A DNA stretch of 63,740 nucleotides, filler included, from Choristocarpus tenellus KU-1152 (GCA_964200185.2; 12 parts of 12 records of this genome joined end to end with filler, not necessarily neighbours in it), one strand, 5' to 3'. Counted from the whole stretch's first letter, positions 37,665-51,438 are shown. A program made the numbers and translations. The notes: generated from the sequence alone by a model not told the origin.

Positions 37665-37813
37665 ACAATTTTGTGAAGATCTAGTTGTATTTTTCACCTT
37701 TCATAAGCCAAGTAACAAGAAAGGTCTAATTAGCCCCCTGTACCCTCTTTCCTCCCTGCTCCATTCTGCACTGTGTTCACTTGACCATCTCAATTTGTCG
37801 TTATGTTATAAAG

Positions 37814-40800
37814 GTCGCCACCCTACAGGCAGAACGCTGCCAGATTGTGAAGGAGCTTCAGCACCTTGAAGCAACCACACCTAATAGGGAGGGTGCGGTG
37901 GATCTTGCCAGAGAGGTTGGGCAGGCAAAAGTTCACATTTCCCTCCTGGAAGCTCGATTGGAGGCCTCACAGATGGAAAATGCAAAGCTTGAAAGAGCTG
38001 CATTGAAAATTGCAGAATCCAGGGTGCGTGTTGTGGTGGGAGAGTTAGAAGTTGATCATGTGAAGCTAAAGAGAAAGAATATGTGAAACATGGATATGAT
38101 GCTATCTATTCTGCTAAGGATATATGGGCATGGCTTTTATTATTTGCATTGCATTCCTCACATTGTCGTGCATCATCCTATACTGACCTACCCGCCTGAC
38201 TGCCCTGGCAGCTTCCCCAAGTCTGTTCTGCCCATACCCTTCTTGCTCCACCTCATTTTTGCTGCAATTGTGCCTTTACACCCCTGCTACCTGACAACAA
38301 TATGGTGATGTCTAGGCGCATGCAGAGAATAAACTGGGTGCTGCACTAGAAGGTGAAGTCCAACGCCGGGAGGGTGAGTTCTTTCACATCAAGGCTCTTG
38401 TGGAGGAGATGAGCTCTGAGAGGAGCCAGGATGGAAGGTGGGCACACTCCACGTCATGGTCAAAGGGAGGAACAGAGGCGGGGTCCAAATCCACCACTCT
38501 TATCTCTTCATTACAGACAGAAAGAGGAGGGGAGGCAATGCACCTCAGGCTAGAAAGAGCAGAAGCAGAGGTTCGTGAGGCGGAGGCAATCCTTGTGATG
38601 TCAGAGGGTGCTAAAAAGAATTTGGAGGAGGAGCTGGTGGCAGTTTCAAACAGGGAGGAAGAGGTGCAAAGGGAGGCAAGGCTACTTGCTGCTAAGCTGG
38701 AGGATGCAAAGGAGGTGGCATCAATGGAAGTGGCTCGAAGGGTGAAGGCAGAGAGACATAGCCAGGCGCTCAGGTTAGGGATGGATTTGGGGCATTTGTT
38801 ATGGGTGGTTGGGTGGGGACAAAGTGAGGGGGATGAAGCAGATTGGTTGTTGGATGCAGTATTTCTGTTAAAGATGAGCATATCGTTAGTTTTGATTGTA
38901 TGCTCGCCGAGAGAACATTGTCATTGTTGTGAGGCTCTTCATGAGATATCTGTGTCCCTTGCCATGCAACACAATGAAACCACAACTGTAATGTCAGTCT
39001 TTCCGGATAATACTTGCACAAACTTTGAAGTAGAGTGTTTTTAATAGTACCATATTGTGATCTCAAAATTTTCGTATAGTCAACAATACATGCAATCAGC
39101 GTTCTGGACGAGTCATATTTTTCAGTCTTTCCCATACAGCCGCCGGGTCAGCTTGTATCTCCTGAACCCAATATTCATCGTCATACATACATCCATAGCT
39201 TTGTGGGAGAGCAGTAGGTCTCTCAGGCTGTGCAATATTTATCATGCAAAAAAAAATTGATGGATTGGTGACCGTGCCTTCCATTTGAAGATTTCATCAA
39301 GATAGCATGAACTAGCAATACATCAGGAGCTTTCAGGAGGAGCACACAAGCACTGCTTTGAACCGTTCTTCTTGTTGAAGCATGATATATTCTGGAGTAC
39401 ACCCTTTTGTGCTACCCACATTGTGGACATGCAATGTTTTCCCATGCTTCTGTCTTTTACTCTCCATTCCTTGTTCTAATCTGCTACAGCACTACCCTGT
39501 CATGCTGCCAAGTTAATGGGATGTTAATGTTACGCTCTACAGAGGTAATATAACACCTGACACTCAGCAAAACTTGCTACCTTTTGATGTTGGGTAGACT
39601 CACAACACGTCTCCAGATTTTTGTGGAAAAAATATATTACTGTGTCTAATGGGATTTTGGAGATTTTATCGTGGAGGAAATAAGAAGCATTGAGGTAAAG
39701 AATGCAGAAACACAGCAAAACAGAGTCGGTGACTCTCTGAAAGTCAAAACCACTTAATTATGTCCTAACCTTTTTACCCCTTCCTGATACTTCTGTCTTG
39801 ATGGGTGGGGTATCTTTTTCATGCACAACTTTTCATCTGCGGACCTTCCTCCAGGGCCCTCATGGAGAGTAACAGCAGCATTGAACACCCCACTCGCAAT
39901 CCAGGACCTGTGATTATGGATGGGAACAGAGGGTCTAACCACCTTTTGAACAAGCAGGTCAAGTTTTTGTTACAGCTGTTGGGAAAAGTTAAAACAAAAA
40001 TCAACTTGTGCGGGACACAGAATATATGTCAAATGGAATGTATGCAGAGCAGAGGCCTGCTATGTTCTTATCTCTATGCTTCAGTGACGCAGTGGCTCCT
40101 TGAAGACACCTATTTGTTATTTCTTAGTACTGTAGTCGTAACGGTACTTGGAAGTTGCATTATTTGTCGATGGTGTCATAATATACCTATGCTAGCTAAC
40201 CCTTGACTATTATTGTGAAGTACTCTAGGGGAAGTGATAAAGGCAGAAGCAAGGCACACTTGCAGTACCTGTGTAGCACATGTGAAAGTAGCACCCTTTG
40301 TTGAAGCCTTACACAAAAATATTTCGCTCTTGTGCATAGCATGTGCAGCATACTCCATATCCTACCTCTTTTTTTTGCTAGTCTGTTTTTGGTCTATTGA
40401 CCTCTATAGTGAATGTGCACCTTCCAAAACCTCCATCCGTTTAGTTCATTTTGAGAAAAATGTCTTCCATTTTATTCGTACAGGGTTTGTCTAGTAAAGA
40501 GCGTTTATTTATGCTTAAAGGCTTTTCCTCAGTTTGCCTGATTAACGTCCCGAAGTAAAGACCATGTCTCTTTTATCATCCCCGTGATCATGGCACCAAA
40601 TTATGTGACACAACAGGTACAGGAGGTGCTTGAAGATCAACAATGGAAGGTCACCCAAAAGGTTCTCAGTGGGCTTACATCACAATATCCCCACAATAGA
40701 GGAAGTAGGAACAACTATGATGGCAACCCTCTTACTATCAACACTGGAAATATCAGCACTGAAGAAGAACATCGCTCACAAGATGAGAGAGGAGGCAGTA

Positions 40801-41000
40801 AGCTTGGCATCCCACCTCCTGGCAGCTTTGTACCATGCCAACTATTGCGTGATCCTGTTCTGTCTGTCTCCCCTTCATCCATATCTAGAATGGGTCGGGA
40901 GATGGTGCAAGAGGTGGCAGGCCTGGGGGGTAGTGGACCATTGAATGTACTTGACCTGTCATTGGAGGAAGGCAGTGCAGGCTTTGGTAGAGAGTATTGA
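37814..41000 (+). CDS. 3' part of an uncharacterised coiled-coil protein gene
   Basis: Phase-consistent GT-AG exons 37814-38023, 38316-38773, 39855-39957 and 40617-41000. E/A/R/L-rich heptads (RLERAEAEVREAE...EVQREARLLAAKLEDAKE). Confidence 0.65.
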
Positions 41001-44000
41001 GGGGGACTGCTGATAAATGAATTTCCATATCCTGGGACAAGTGCCAGGTTGTCGCTTAGGAGTAGCCCTGTTTTAGACTTTTCTTTGGTGGGGAGAGCAG
41101 GTGAAAAGCAACATTATTGTCCGTATTGGAGGAGGGGGGTTGCCTTTGCATATACCTGTTGATAGATGACCCCTATGCCCCATGTGATAAATGACTTTGT
41201 GCCGATTGGGGGGGGGGCCACCAGCACCTCTGAAAGGTAAAGTATGTATCATAGTGCATGTGCTTGTGTTTGTCCATCCATGTGAAAAGTTGATGTGCGT
41301 GTGTATGTGTGTGTATTCTCGTAGTCCTGTTACCATAGTACTTCGTACACTTGATAGCTACACACTGTAGAGCTCTGCAAGTCGAAATCCCAGCTCATTC
41401 CCATGTAATTTTTAGTTACTACTATAATTTATTTCATGTTCACACCATTGATTTAGTACAAATCGATGGCTAAGTGCCTTGTGTCTTGTGGACAGCTTCA
41501 AAGCCATATTTTGTTGCAGGTTTCTTTTTCCCACAATATATTTCCTACCTTTAGTATCTAGCCTCACCCACCTCACCCAACAAAGATCCGTTAGCCTTGA
41601 TGTGAACTTCACCATGTGTCTATCTGTTCTCTACATCATTTCTCACAGCTACACCAGAACACCATATGACTGCAGACTCCCACACTCCATTTCTCATTGA
41701 CAGTGCAAATCTCATCCCTCTTTGCTCGTAACCGACTTCTCTTGAAGCGCTGCCTTTTGGTATATCAATGCCCCTCATTTGGTATTCACCTTTCTCTGTC
41801 AGTATCCAACTGGATTTTTCCTCCAGAAGAACTATAGATGGGCAATAAACATTGTTTTTCCCTCTCAGGAAGGGTTGTATAAGAAAAAATATATCGCTTC
41901 AAAACAAGGAGTACCAATTAAAAAACTATATTTGCTCAACCAGATTTATACCAAACTAAGCCAAAAACTACAAAAACCCCACTAATCACCTCGACAGTTC
42001 GCACAACAGGCAACAGGAGCCAAGAACAATTAATGAGTATCAATACCGAGTTGCAAGGATGCCCTAGTTCTCTGAGTGATGACACCTGGCATGCACTAAT
42101 CCTTTAGATCTAGGACAAGTAAGTCCACCAGGACATGCCGATCGTAAAGCAAATGCGTACCATGTACAGAGAAATGGGCATTCCATGTTCTCCACAGCTT
42201 CTGTCTGTATGGTGGATGAGTCATGCATTCCATGAAGGGAGGGGGCACTCTCCGATTTGTTGTTCTTAACTCCTCCACACTGAAAAGCATATTTTAGGAA
42301 ACTCGGCACACAAACAAGAGCAAGTGTTGGGTGGACTAGCAACTGGTGTAAGGAGAACAAGGTCGGCAGGGCAGGGGAGGTTGATGTGAAGACACCCTCA
42401 CAACAGATTTTGTCAGTGGGTGGTTCTCCCAAGATGTGTTGTAGACCTTCGACTATCGGAGATACCTGGTGGGTAAGCCAGGCAGGGCTAGTCTGAGCTG
42501 TTTTGGGACCATTTTTTTCATTTTCAAAATAGAGCGTCATGGTGATGCTACAACCACCATGGTGTTTATGTGTTCTAGGGACCAGAACATCAAAATACTT
42601 CGAGAGATGTAGCAAATCTCTTAGAGAGGTTTAGTCACTTTTTGCTCACGACGTCTTTCGCTTTTAATGCATTTTATATTATAAGCCCAAGGGCACCTAG
42701 CAGATCCTGCGAGAGAGAGGTGAAGGCGGAATAAAGAGGAGTCTCTCTTGTGGAGAACTCTTCAGTCCTGTGTTAGGTATAAGGTGTTTCCCTGCACAAA
42801 TATCCTTGCACTTGTCCCTGACACTACCTTGGACATTGGTTCAGCGATTCCACATTATTATGAGGATATTAACCTTTAGTGACAAACCTTTCATACTTTC
42901 CGGGCATATATTTCCATTTGCACATTTACGTGATGGTAGAATCAATACTAACTGCAAGAAAGACGGACTAATACAAACTCAGCAGGATACATATATATAT
43001 ATGTGTGTATGTATGCAACATATGCTACTGCTCTACCAATTTGTATTGTATGCAACAAACATGTTTCTGCTATGCAAGGGATATTGGGTATTTCCTAGAA
43101 TATTGGTCGCAATACCATGCTCTCCTTCTAGAGCTTCAGACAACATTGTAGCACAATGAAGGTCGTCTAGAATCGAGGGAAGAATCCGTGGCGTCTGTCA
43201 TACCCAGCTTGACCTATCCATCCAGGTATCCTCAGGTTACAACGCATGACATGCCTTGATATTGCCACTCGTGTTGTCATTGGCATAACTTGCCACAGGC
43301 ATAGTTTAAAATTGCCCTCTTATGGATAACTCTATGAAACAAATTCCTGTATATGTTGGTAAGTTGTTATGACATGAAGTACCTGCTGCACGGTACGGGA
43401 GAGGGGGAGAAAAGACGTAATAACACAATAAGGTCAATGTTATTTCGAAGCATGTACCAATACTTTTTAGTACGTTACCAATAGTTGATGTTTTCTCCAT
43501 GTGTAAAACGTGCAGCAAGTCAGCCAATTAGACACAAGGCGAGAACAATTGGTGACACATAAAAGGCTAGTGATCGTGGAGAGAGGGTGAGAGATTGGAC
43601 TACCTTCTGGCTATCATTTGTCCATAGAGTTCTCCAAGAAGAAAAATCCTTCGTTCTGAAAGGAAGATGAAAGACAACGGATGAAGCCAACTAATATTAG
43701 ACCATTCAGCCGATAGATACTTCATTCCCTCAGCCCAACAAGCTCACCCTTTCCAAGCTGTTTAAGCTCCACCAACAATGAACAACACATAAAGAAGGTT
43801 GGAAAATACGACCTTGCCTGTCTTCATCTTGGCTTCTCTCATTGGGTAACATGTACTACTCTGCAGAAAAATGTTGCTCAACGACCAGAACACACAACAT
43901 AAAGGGTCACCACCAAGAATCTTCCTTGCACACCAGATCCCCTTCCCCCTACTCACTGCAGAAGATCTTTGGATCACAGTATTGCATATATTGGACGACA

Positions 44001-44054
44001 TAATACCCAACAGTGATATGGCTGCCTTAGAACCTTCCCCAAATTAGCTCTATA

Positions 44055-44358
44055 ACGTTCGTTGTCAGGACAATGCTCAGAATCATTTGGTCTGCATCAA
44101 CTATTGTCCAGGATAACCCTTGCTCTATAACTCAATTGCTCTACAACGACTGCTGTCCAGGACAGTATTCGGACTCAATTCTCCCCAAAGATCTGTTGTC
44201 TGGGACTAGTCGTCGGGTCATTTTCTTTTAAATGTTCGTTTTTGAGGAGAAGTCTCGGATCTGCTTACTTCTAACATCCGTTGTCCAGGGCAACACTTGG
44301 TCCAATTTGCTCCATAATGTCAATTGTGGGATCATTCTGGGTCAACTTTTGAACATTG
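44055..44358. repeat. Degenerate ~42-43-bp minisatellite
   Basis: TTGTCCAGGA-like core recurs near 44062, 44104, 44153, 44196, 44281 and 44324. Confidence 0.55.
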
Positions 44359-44359
44359 T

Positions 44360-44417
44360 GACTCAAAGTATCTGGGAGGGGGTGGCGGCTGTCCATTTGG
44401 GGTCAATTTTTTCATCT
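44360..44417 (+). mobile_element. MITE family B, left end
   Basis: GACTCAAAGTATCTGGGAGGGGGTGGCGGCTGTCCATTTGG. Confidence 0.8.
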
Positions 44418-44517
44418 NNNNNNNNNNNNNNNNNNNNNNNNNNNNNNNNNNNNNNNNNNNNTTAATTAATTAANNNNNNNNNNNNNNNNNNNNNNNNNNN
44501 NNNNNNNNNNNNNNNNN

Positions 44518-44636
44518 CCCTTTTTTTTTTTTTTTTTTCAAATCCGACATGTGCGACCAAATCACACCAAAAAAGTGAAAATAAAAAAAAGGGTGAAAAA
44601 CGGACGCCGACACCCTCCCCCAAGATACTTTGACCC
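44518..44636 (-). mobile_element. MITE family C, partial, abutting Gypsy
   Basis: Matches 26070-26169. Interrupts Gypsy after PYWRVR. Confidence 0.8.
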
Positions 44637-46345
44637 AAACCGTACCCTCCAGTAGGGTGACTTGAAGTCAAAAACTGTACATGTGTACCACTTATCCCTT
44701 CCCTTCTCGTCTTTCCATGACTTCTTGACAGTAAGTAGTACCTGTGGGAAAAAGGCGTAATGCATCCTCTCTAGACAAGGGTTTTCCCTGGCGAGAGGTG
44801 TTAGTAGGACGACGTGGGCCGTGTCTGGATTACAGAGGTCCCAGAGGGTATGGAAAATATCTAACTGTAGTGGGGTGAAGCTATCCATAGTCTCTTTCTC
44901 GGTAATCCAATCAGACAATTCTCCATTCTGATACGTCTCCTTGTACTCCCAGTGCCATATGGTCCATAATTGATAGGGACCTTCAGCCAACGGCAAAGGT
45001 GATTCATTATGTCTCCTGTGAACTCCCCTCTTGCATCACTACGAATTGACAGAGGGATCCCAAATGTAAGACATAATTCTAACACATTTGTTGCTACTCC
45101 AGTTGCTTCCTTCAACGCCATTGGGAATGCAAAAGGGAATCTCGAAGCTCTATCAATCGCAATTAATAGATACTTGTTGCCTTTCGTTGAGACGTGTCCT
45201 ACATCTTGTAGATCTATCTCGAGTACATTCCATGGTTCCAGGAATTTGGCTGGCAGCATTGGCACTTGTGCGCTCCTGGTCTTCTTTCGTCTGCAACAGC
45301 CACAGGATAAACATAATCCTGCATGTCTTTGTGGAGCGAGGGGCAAAAGAAGTATCAACGGGTTAGGACTGCTGTGCGTCCAACTCCCTGGTGGCTAATC
45401 TGTAAGTGAACTAGTGCTATGATGTCTGACACTAGTGAACGAGGGACTACCAGCCTAGGTGCACACTCTCCAAGAGTGTACCAGAGTAACTCCTTATCGT
45501 CTAGGGAATATGACTCTACATCTATTTTCCCCTTTCCCCATTCGAGTGACGACTTCCAGTGTTCTTGGCCTTTGAGTACACCTCGTATGCTGCCCAAGAA
45601 GGGGTCTTTCTTCTGCCTCTCTACTAGCTCTTGTACGTCTGAGAGAGTAGCCATTGCCCTCTTGAGAGTGGGGTGGTGTTGAACTATCTCACTCATTCGA
45701 ACTATTCGGTCACTACCCTTGTTCTTTGGCCTTGGTGTACTTGTGCGTATTTTCTTGCAAGGTCGCTTCTCTTCTTCTGCATTTCCTTTTATTTCTATCC
45801 TGTCTTCGAGGGTAGGGTCTAAAGGTTGCCAACCAAAAGTGTTACGGCTGGAAGTATCTGGGGGGGGGGGTGGTGATGGCTGTACATTTGGGGGAATTTT
45901 TTTAATGTCACGATTTTTGGGTGATTTGGTTGCATACATCGGATGGACGATGTAAATGCACCTTTCCTGATTTTGGTACGAAATGGATACCCTGGTGTAG
46001 ACCCCCCCCCTCCCCAGACACTCTGGGTCTTAGAGACGCTGAGCGGGGGAAGGAATTGTTGTGGGATGTGTGTCGGGTCTCCACTAGGTATTTCATCTGG
46101 AGCCATCCAACCAGAGAAAGGGGGTATACACGCTGGCATACTTTGATCCTGGGAACTACTGAGTGGTAACCAACCTCGAGCGCTTAAGCCTCGATTATCA
46201 GTTTCCGTGTGGCAATCTTGCAGAACTGACAGTATTCCTGAGAGTGTGGTATCAACTGTTCCCTGAAATAACATTTGTGCTACACCTGGACTCGGTTAAT
46301 CATGTGAGGGGAGTATACTCTAGTTCTGAATCTACCAACGCACAG
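44637..46345 (-). mobile_element. Second Gypsy copy (integrase region), internally deleted
   Basis: Homologous to 35170-37324. Lacks ~36328-37086 and contains a MITE B. Confidence 0.92.
45846..46029 (+). mobile_element. MITE family B inserted in Gypsy
   Basis: Absent at the matching site of the other Gypsy copy (~35492). Flanks TTAC/TTAG. Confidence 0.88.
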
Positions 46346-47103
46346 AACCAAAGTATCTTAGGGGATAGAGCCGCGTCCATTTGGGGGCCAAAATCCAATC
46401 TTGCGATTTTGGTGTAATTTTGGCTATCGTGTTTGTTAGAAAGTGTCAATATCCATATTCTGGACACACCATTTCATAACGTATACACGTTCCCCACTCT
46501 GAAATATTTTGGAGTAGGAAAATGTCATAAGAAAAACATGGGAAGTCGTGCAGCGAAAATGAAGGCATTCCTCACGGGGAAGCGTGGGAGGACACAGTCA
46601 TGGAAGCCGGGATATGTAGACTCGGCGACCAAAGCTCCGCCTAGCTCTTCAATTCGATTGGCACCCTTGTGCATAGATGCGCGGGAGAAGGTGAGGTTCT
46701 CACGACTCCTCTCCAGGAAACAATTAGTGAAACGATTATGATGCATTGCCTACTTTTTGTCGCCCATGTCCAAATTAATTCAAGATCGGTGATCCAACTA
46801 ACCCAATCCCTTTCTTCCCCCCACTATGTTCCACCAGAGACAAAAGAACTGGAGGAGGTCCTTCTCGGTGTGTGGAGAGAACACAAGAAGCACAAGGGCT
46901 CCAGTGTTAGCGCAGTGCAGCCATCTTGACGTTTTGACATCCAATATAACGGTCCAACAACATCGTACTAACCCCTTGCTCCGCAGACTGAACTTGAATT
47001 GACGTTTTATGCATGTGTTTCGCCATCGGCGATATGACACACACCATTAAGCCCTAAATGGACAAACAGGGCAAAAATCGCACCCTCTAAGATACTTTCA
47101 CTC
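46346..47103 (+). mobile_element. MITE family A carrying a ~500-bp internal insert
   Basis: Family A sequence runs 46346-46545 and resumes at 47049-47103. Confidence 0.85.
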
Positions 47104-47938
47104 TGAATTCGAATATAACAAATGTAAAAAAACTGTGGATTTAGAGAACGTCCGACCTCTCCAGCACAACATGTCTGTGAAGGCATGGGCCTGATAGGTG
47201 AAGGAGAGGGTGACTCACGAACAGAAATGGCTTAGGTAGCTCCTCAAAGTCGGATCTCTCGTCTGCATCACGACAGTTTTGGACTTGTCCAGAACCAGGC
47301 CCGCGTAGGAACGTCTTGGTCTATATTGTATCGTTCCACAACAAGCAGGACATTTCGCAAGTCGCCATTCTCCCCTTTAACCTCGTAGGGGCAGCTGACT
47401 CGCTCCTCTCCAGCTTTCACTGTGTAGTGGGGCTGGTACTTGGTGATGGCCCCTTGCATTTACTGATCGTCCCACCTGAAGTACAGAAGGGGGATAATGC
47501 AGGGACCCGGTTTTGTGTCCTGCAACGCCACGAAGATGTTCGTTGTTGGGGTGGTGTTAGTGTATGCGACTGTTGGCATGTTTGTGCGTGACGGCCTTGT
47601 TCGGTTGTATATGTGTTGTTTGTGTTGGTCGTGAAGAACGGAGGACATTGTTTAGGATATAATATACATTTTGGAAGCGAAACAAAGGCATGGGACATGG
47701 TTATGGCTCTACGAACGTTTTTTAAGATTCTGTTAAAGTTTTTGATTGTGGTTGTGACGTAGGACAACAAAATTATACTTAGCACAATTACAGTTTAAAA
47801 GTAAAAAATCGGATATTATTGTGGGAAGATTACTTGTACATCATGGAGCATTATTGGATATGATGTTTGTATATGAACAGACCGGATTGATCCGTACAAA
47901 ATACCGTTCCCTTCCAAAAAATAAAAACCGTTTCTCAC

Positions 47939-49230
47939 CTTGTTCGTCCTTGACATGCGAATAGTTGGCACTCCATCAATGAAGCTGACACTCAACACCT
48001 CGAAGTCTTCAGTGACAAAGACCACCTCATTGCTGGGACTGAACATTCCTCCGTAGGTGGAATGGTGCCCGGTGTTCCATTGAACTGTTTCCTTGCGGTC
48101 CACGGTGAACGGCAAGAACTCTAGCCCATTGTACTCTGATGACTGTGTTCGCACAATGCATATGTTCCCCTCCTCGAGTTGTCTCGTCTTCCTCGACAAC
48201 TGGCTCCTCAGATACAGTTCAGATCGTGCTGTTGACACAATTCATCTGGCCGGCACACTCTCTTGCTGTTATGCGGGTCCAAGTAGTGCATGCCCTGGGT
48301 TGAATCATGAGACGTGATTGGATTGCGGGGCGTGGCAGTGCTATTGCTCTCCCATATGGTGATGCCAAGGACATGCACACCAGGATGCTGCACATCGAAC
48401 TGTTGTGAGGAGCTGTCCCTCGCCATGTCGAATACCCTTGGTCCACCTTTTGTTCTCAGGTAACAGGGGAACATGTGGAACAGTCGTTAGTCACGCACTA
48501 CGAAATGAACGGTCACCTTAGCATTTTTTTATGAGTGCCTTCTTGGGGAGCGTACAGGGGAGGTGTTTGCCCTGGTGCGGCATTATATGTATTACACCGT
48601 TCATGGTTGGTGTATAGGAACTTTCATACTGGTGGGTGGTGCGTCGTGGAGAGCACAGAAGGGCGTGGGTATTGGATACGGGAGACGATCCTCCAGGGTC
48701 ATGTACAGGCGCTGCAGAGAGACGCGTTTATTGCTGAAAATCTCGTATGAATTCCGTGCGTTTCATTGTGGATGACCTGAGCGTTTCGACCTTGGTATCG
48801 TATTTTCTTGCTGTGACGGACAGAAGGGACTGAAACGTTGACATCACCCTGTCATCGAGTACATTAACATCAGGAGCGATGCCGACGAGGATGGAGTTGA
48901 CTACCTGGCGGGTATGCTCGGTGCTAAGATATTTCTTGACGCATTGCAGGAAGGTCTTCACCTAGTGATCAGGTGTGGACTCATGTTGTTCCCAAGCCAG
49001 CACAACTCACAGCGTGCTCGTCAACGGCACAAACCTGCTTCTCTCGTCCAATAACCAAGAGGCAAGGTCGTCCCAAGTGTGGTCGCCTCCTTCCCCCTCT
49101 TGTAGACTGTTGTGGTCTAAAAACATGGAGAGGAAGAGATCCATGATCTGATCTGTTTTGGATTTCTTCCATGAAGGAACGGTACTGGTCCCGGTCGGTC
49201 TCTTGAGTCCCCGTTTCCTAAGAGGGAGTT
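47939..49230 (-). pseudogene. Second Sola2-like transposase relic, N- and C-terminal parts fused by deletion
   Basis: 48208-48474 is clearly homologous to 2927-3166 (RVFDMARDSSSQQFDVQHPGVHVLGITIWESNST...LCQQH), then switches abruptly to LEEGNICIVRT...NGLEFL...YGGMFSPSNEVV. Short intron-like gaps upstream. Confidence 0.55.
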
Positions 49231-49564
49231 AGGAGAGGTTATCGTACGGGTTTGTGGGTTTGTTAGGGTTAGCCTCTTGACTTCGATGTTGAGAATGCGA
49301 ACATCGACAGTGCTGCCATGTTGTTCAGACGAGGGGGGCGCGTACAATTTATGTTCATGGTGTGTTTGACGGTTTATGGCTGTATTGCGTGGCACCGAAC
49401 GTACAACACGTCAGCAATGGAAACTTGGAGACCGTGAGGGCTGAAACCGCCTCTGTTAGGCCATTTGCAAAAGGTATGCATCGTGTTTGCGGGCAAACGT
49501 GGGCCACACCAAAAATATTATAGAAATATTTGGTAAACCACGTCGTAGGATGTTGTTTTGGATT

Positions 49565-49775
49565 ATGAATGACGAACGTTTGGTGGGTTGTACCTTCAAA
49601 CATATTCACGTATGCACTGACTACAATTTGTGTGTTTTGTGGTACAAGAAATTATGGTCTAAGGGTTGGTTTTTGAGACAAAGGAATAACGAACGTTTGG
49701 TGGAGTGTACCTCTGCATACATCACCGCATGTACAGACCATAATTGGTGTCTCTTTGCGTATGGAAAATGGGAGA
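49565..49775. repeat. Diverged ~120-bp direct repeat
   Basis: GAATRACGAACGTTTGGTGG..TGTACCT occurs at ~49567 and ~49684. Confidence 0.7.
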
Positions 49776-49788
49776 CTAGGGTTGATTT

Positions 49789-49979
49789 GAGCCAAAGTAT
49801 CTTAGAGGGTAGAGCCGCGTCCATTTGGGTGTCAAAATCCAATGTTCCAATTTTGATGTAATTTTAACTATCGTGTTTTTTGGAGGCGTCAATATCCTTG
49901 TTCCGCACACACCTTTTCATAGCGTATAAATTTTACCTACTCCGAAACATATCGGAGTAGAAAAAATGTCATAAAACAC
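49789..49979 (+). mobile_element. MITE family A, right end cut by the contig end
   Basis: GAGCCAAAGTATCTTAGAGGGTAGAGCCGCGTCC... Confidence 0.85.
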
Positions 49980-50079
49980 NNNNNNNNNNNNNNNNNNNNN
50001 NNNNNNNNNNNNNNNNNNNNNNNTTAATTAATTAANNNNNNNNNNNNNNNNNNNNNNNNNNNNNNNNNNNNNNNNNNNN

Positions 50080-50132
50080 TCAAGCCCATCCTCAATGAAA
50101 AGCTCCATCCTCAATTTTTGAAATCGGCTGTT
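50080..50132 (-). mobile_element. MITE family E terminus
   Basis: CAAGCCCATCCTCAATGAAAAGCTCCATCCTCAATTTTTGAAATCGGCTGTT. Confidence 0.85.
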
Positions 50133-51438
50133 AAATATCAACTTCTTTTCAGGGAGTTAATCATCCCCCATCAGAGCGCATCTGACCCTGAGAACATGAG
50201 TCTCTGTTTTACAACCACCTTCATACTGTCACATCTATTCTTGACAACGGCATCTTTGTAGGAAATGTGTGATAGGTGTGTTGCCACATTTTTTTGCGAA
50301 ATCCAGTTGTCCTCTGTAATAGGAGGTATTATTTGTGCAGCAAAGCTTCACACATTGGACATGGCGGAGGGTCCATGTCACATAACTATCTAACTGGACC
50401 TCGATTTGCTTTTTTAGCCTTGAGCAATCGAATTAAAAACTGAATAGGGATACGCCACAGGTAAATCTACCACAAAGCACATACGTGTACTTGCGGAGAC
50501 ATACCCAGGATATTTGAACTGATCTGGGAGGTGATATCGACTTAATCAAAGGTAGAGCCTCCATGGAAAGGGAACTTATCAGTCAGTTTGTAGCTCAGAC
50601 CCAAAGACTGGATTTGCATAATAGTTGTGGTCTCGTTGGGAGGTCGAAATAAGGACATGGTCCCTTCTCTCAAATCAGACTTGGTCAAGGCCAATGATCT
50701 GCCCACCTTCACATTACCCTCATCCTTGCCAACTTCCTTAGGACTTGGACACAATGCCCATATCATCACCATAAAGCATACCTATAGTGGTGCGTCAAGT
50801 GTCACTCCACTCACTACTGTCTTTATCTACTTGGTCAAGCGGTTTTTCGCTTACATATTGGGTTATTTTACTTGAGTCTTACACACTACTATCGTAGTAG
50901 GACCCTACACATGCAGGTGAAATTACCATACAACTATTATTATATGGATAGTAATACAGTAATAATTGGTATTTGGGAACTACAGTAAGTCACAACGCCT
51001 TTGAAAATATCTAGAACACCACTCGAGAGATTTCACTACCGACTAACCATCTCAATTCTAGTGACATCTGTAGAGTCCAGTTGCAGTTTGCACCTCTCAG
51101 ATAGCATTGAAGAATCGAATATAGGTTACCTAGCTTTCTGTTTAGACCCTTTGTCTGGATCGATGGGAGAGGCTTGGCCTATGACCAGCCTTGAACACCA
51201 TTTCCGATCAACCATTTGAATCAGGACAGGACTTTGCCTCCTTGCAACTGAGGACTGGAGGACGTCGTATAGGGATCGGGGAAGGCAGCTTATTGGAACG
51301 TCTCCCAACTCTAACTACTAGGGAAGCCTTAGGTTGTGACGGAGTCTCCAGGAAGAGTCAGTTGGAGCACTTCGTATGGGTGACGAGAAGTGAGAGAGGC
51401 CAGCCTGAAGTGACGGTTTCTGACAACCCAATCACAAC

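Noticed and set aside
42064-42615. 183-aa minus-strand ORF
   Set aside because: No motif or supported splice structure.
44055-44358. CRISPR-like array
   Set aside because: Degenerate tandem units without unique spacers, in a eukaryotic context with no cas genes.
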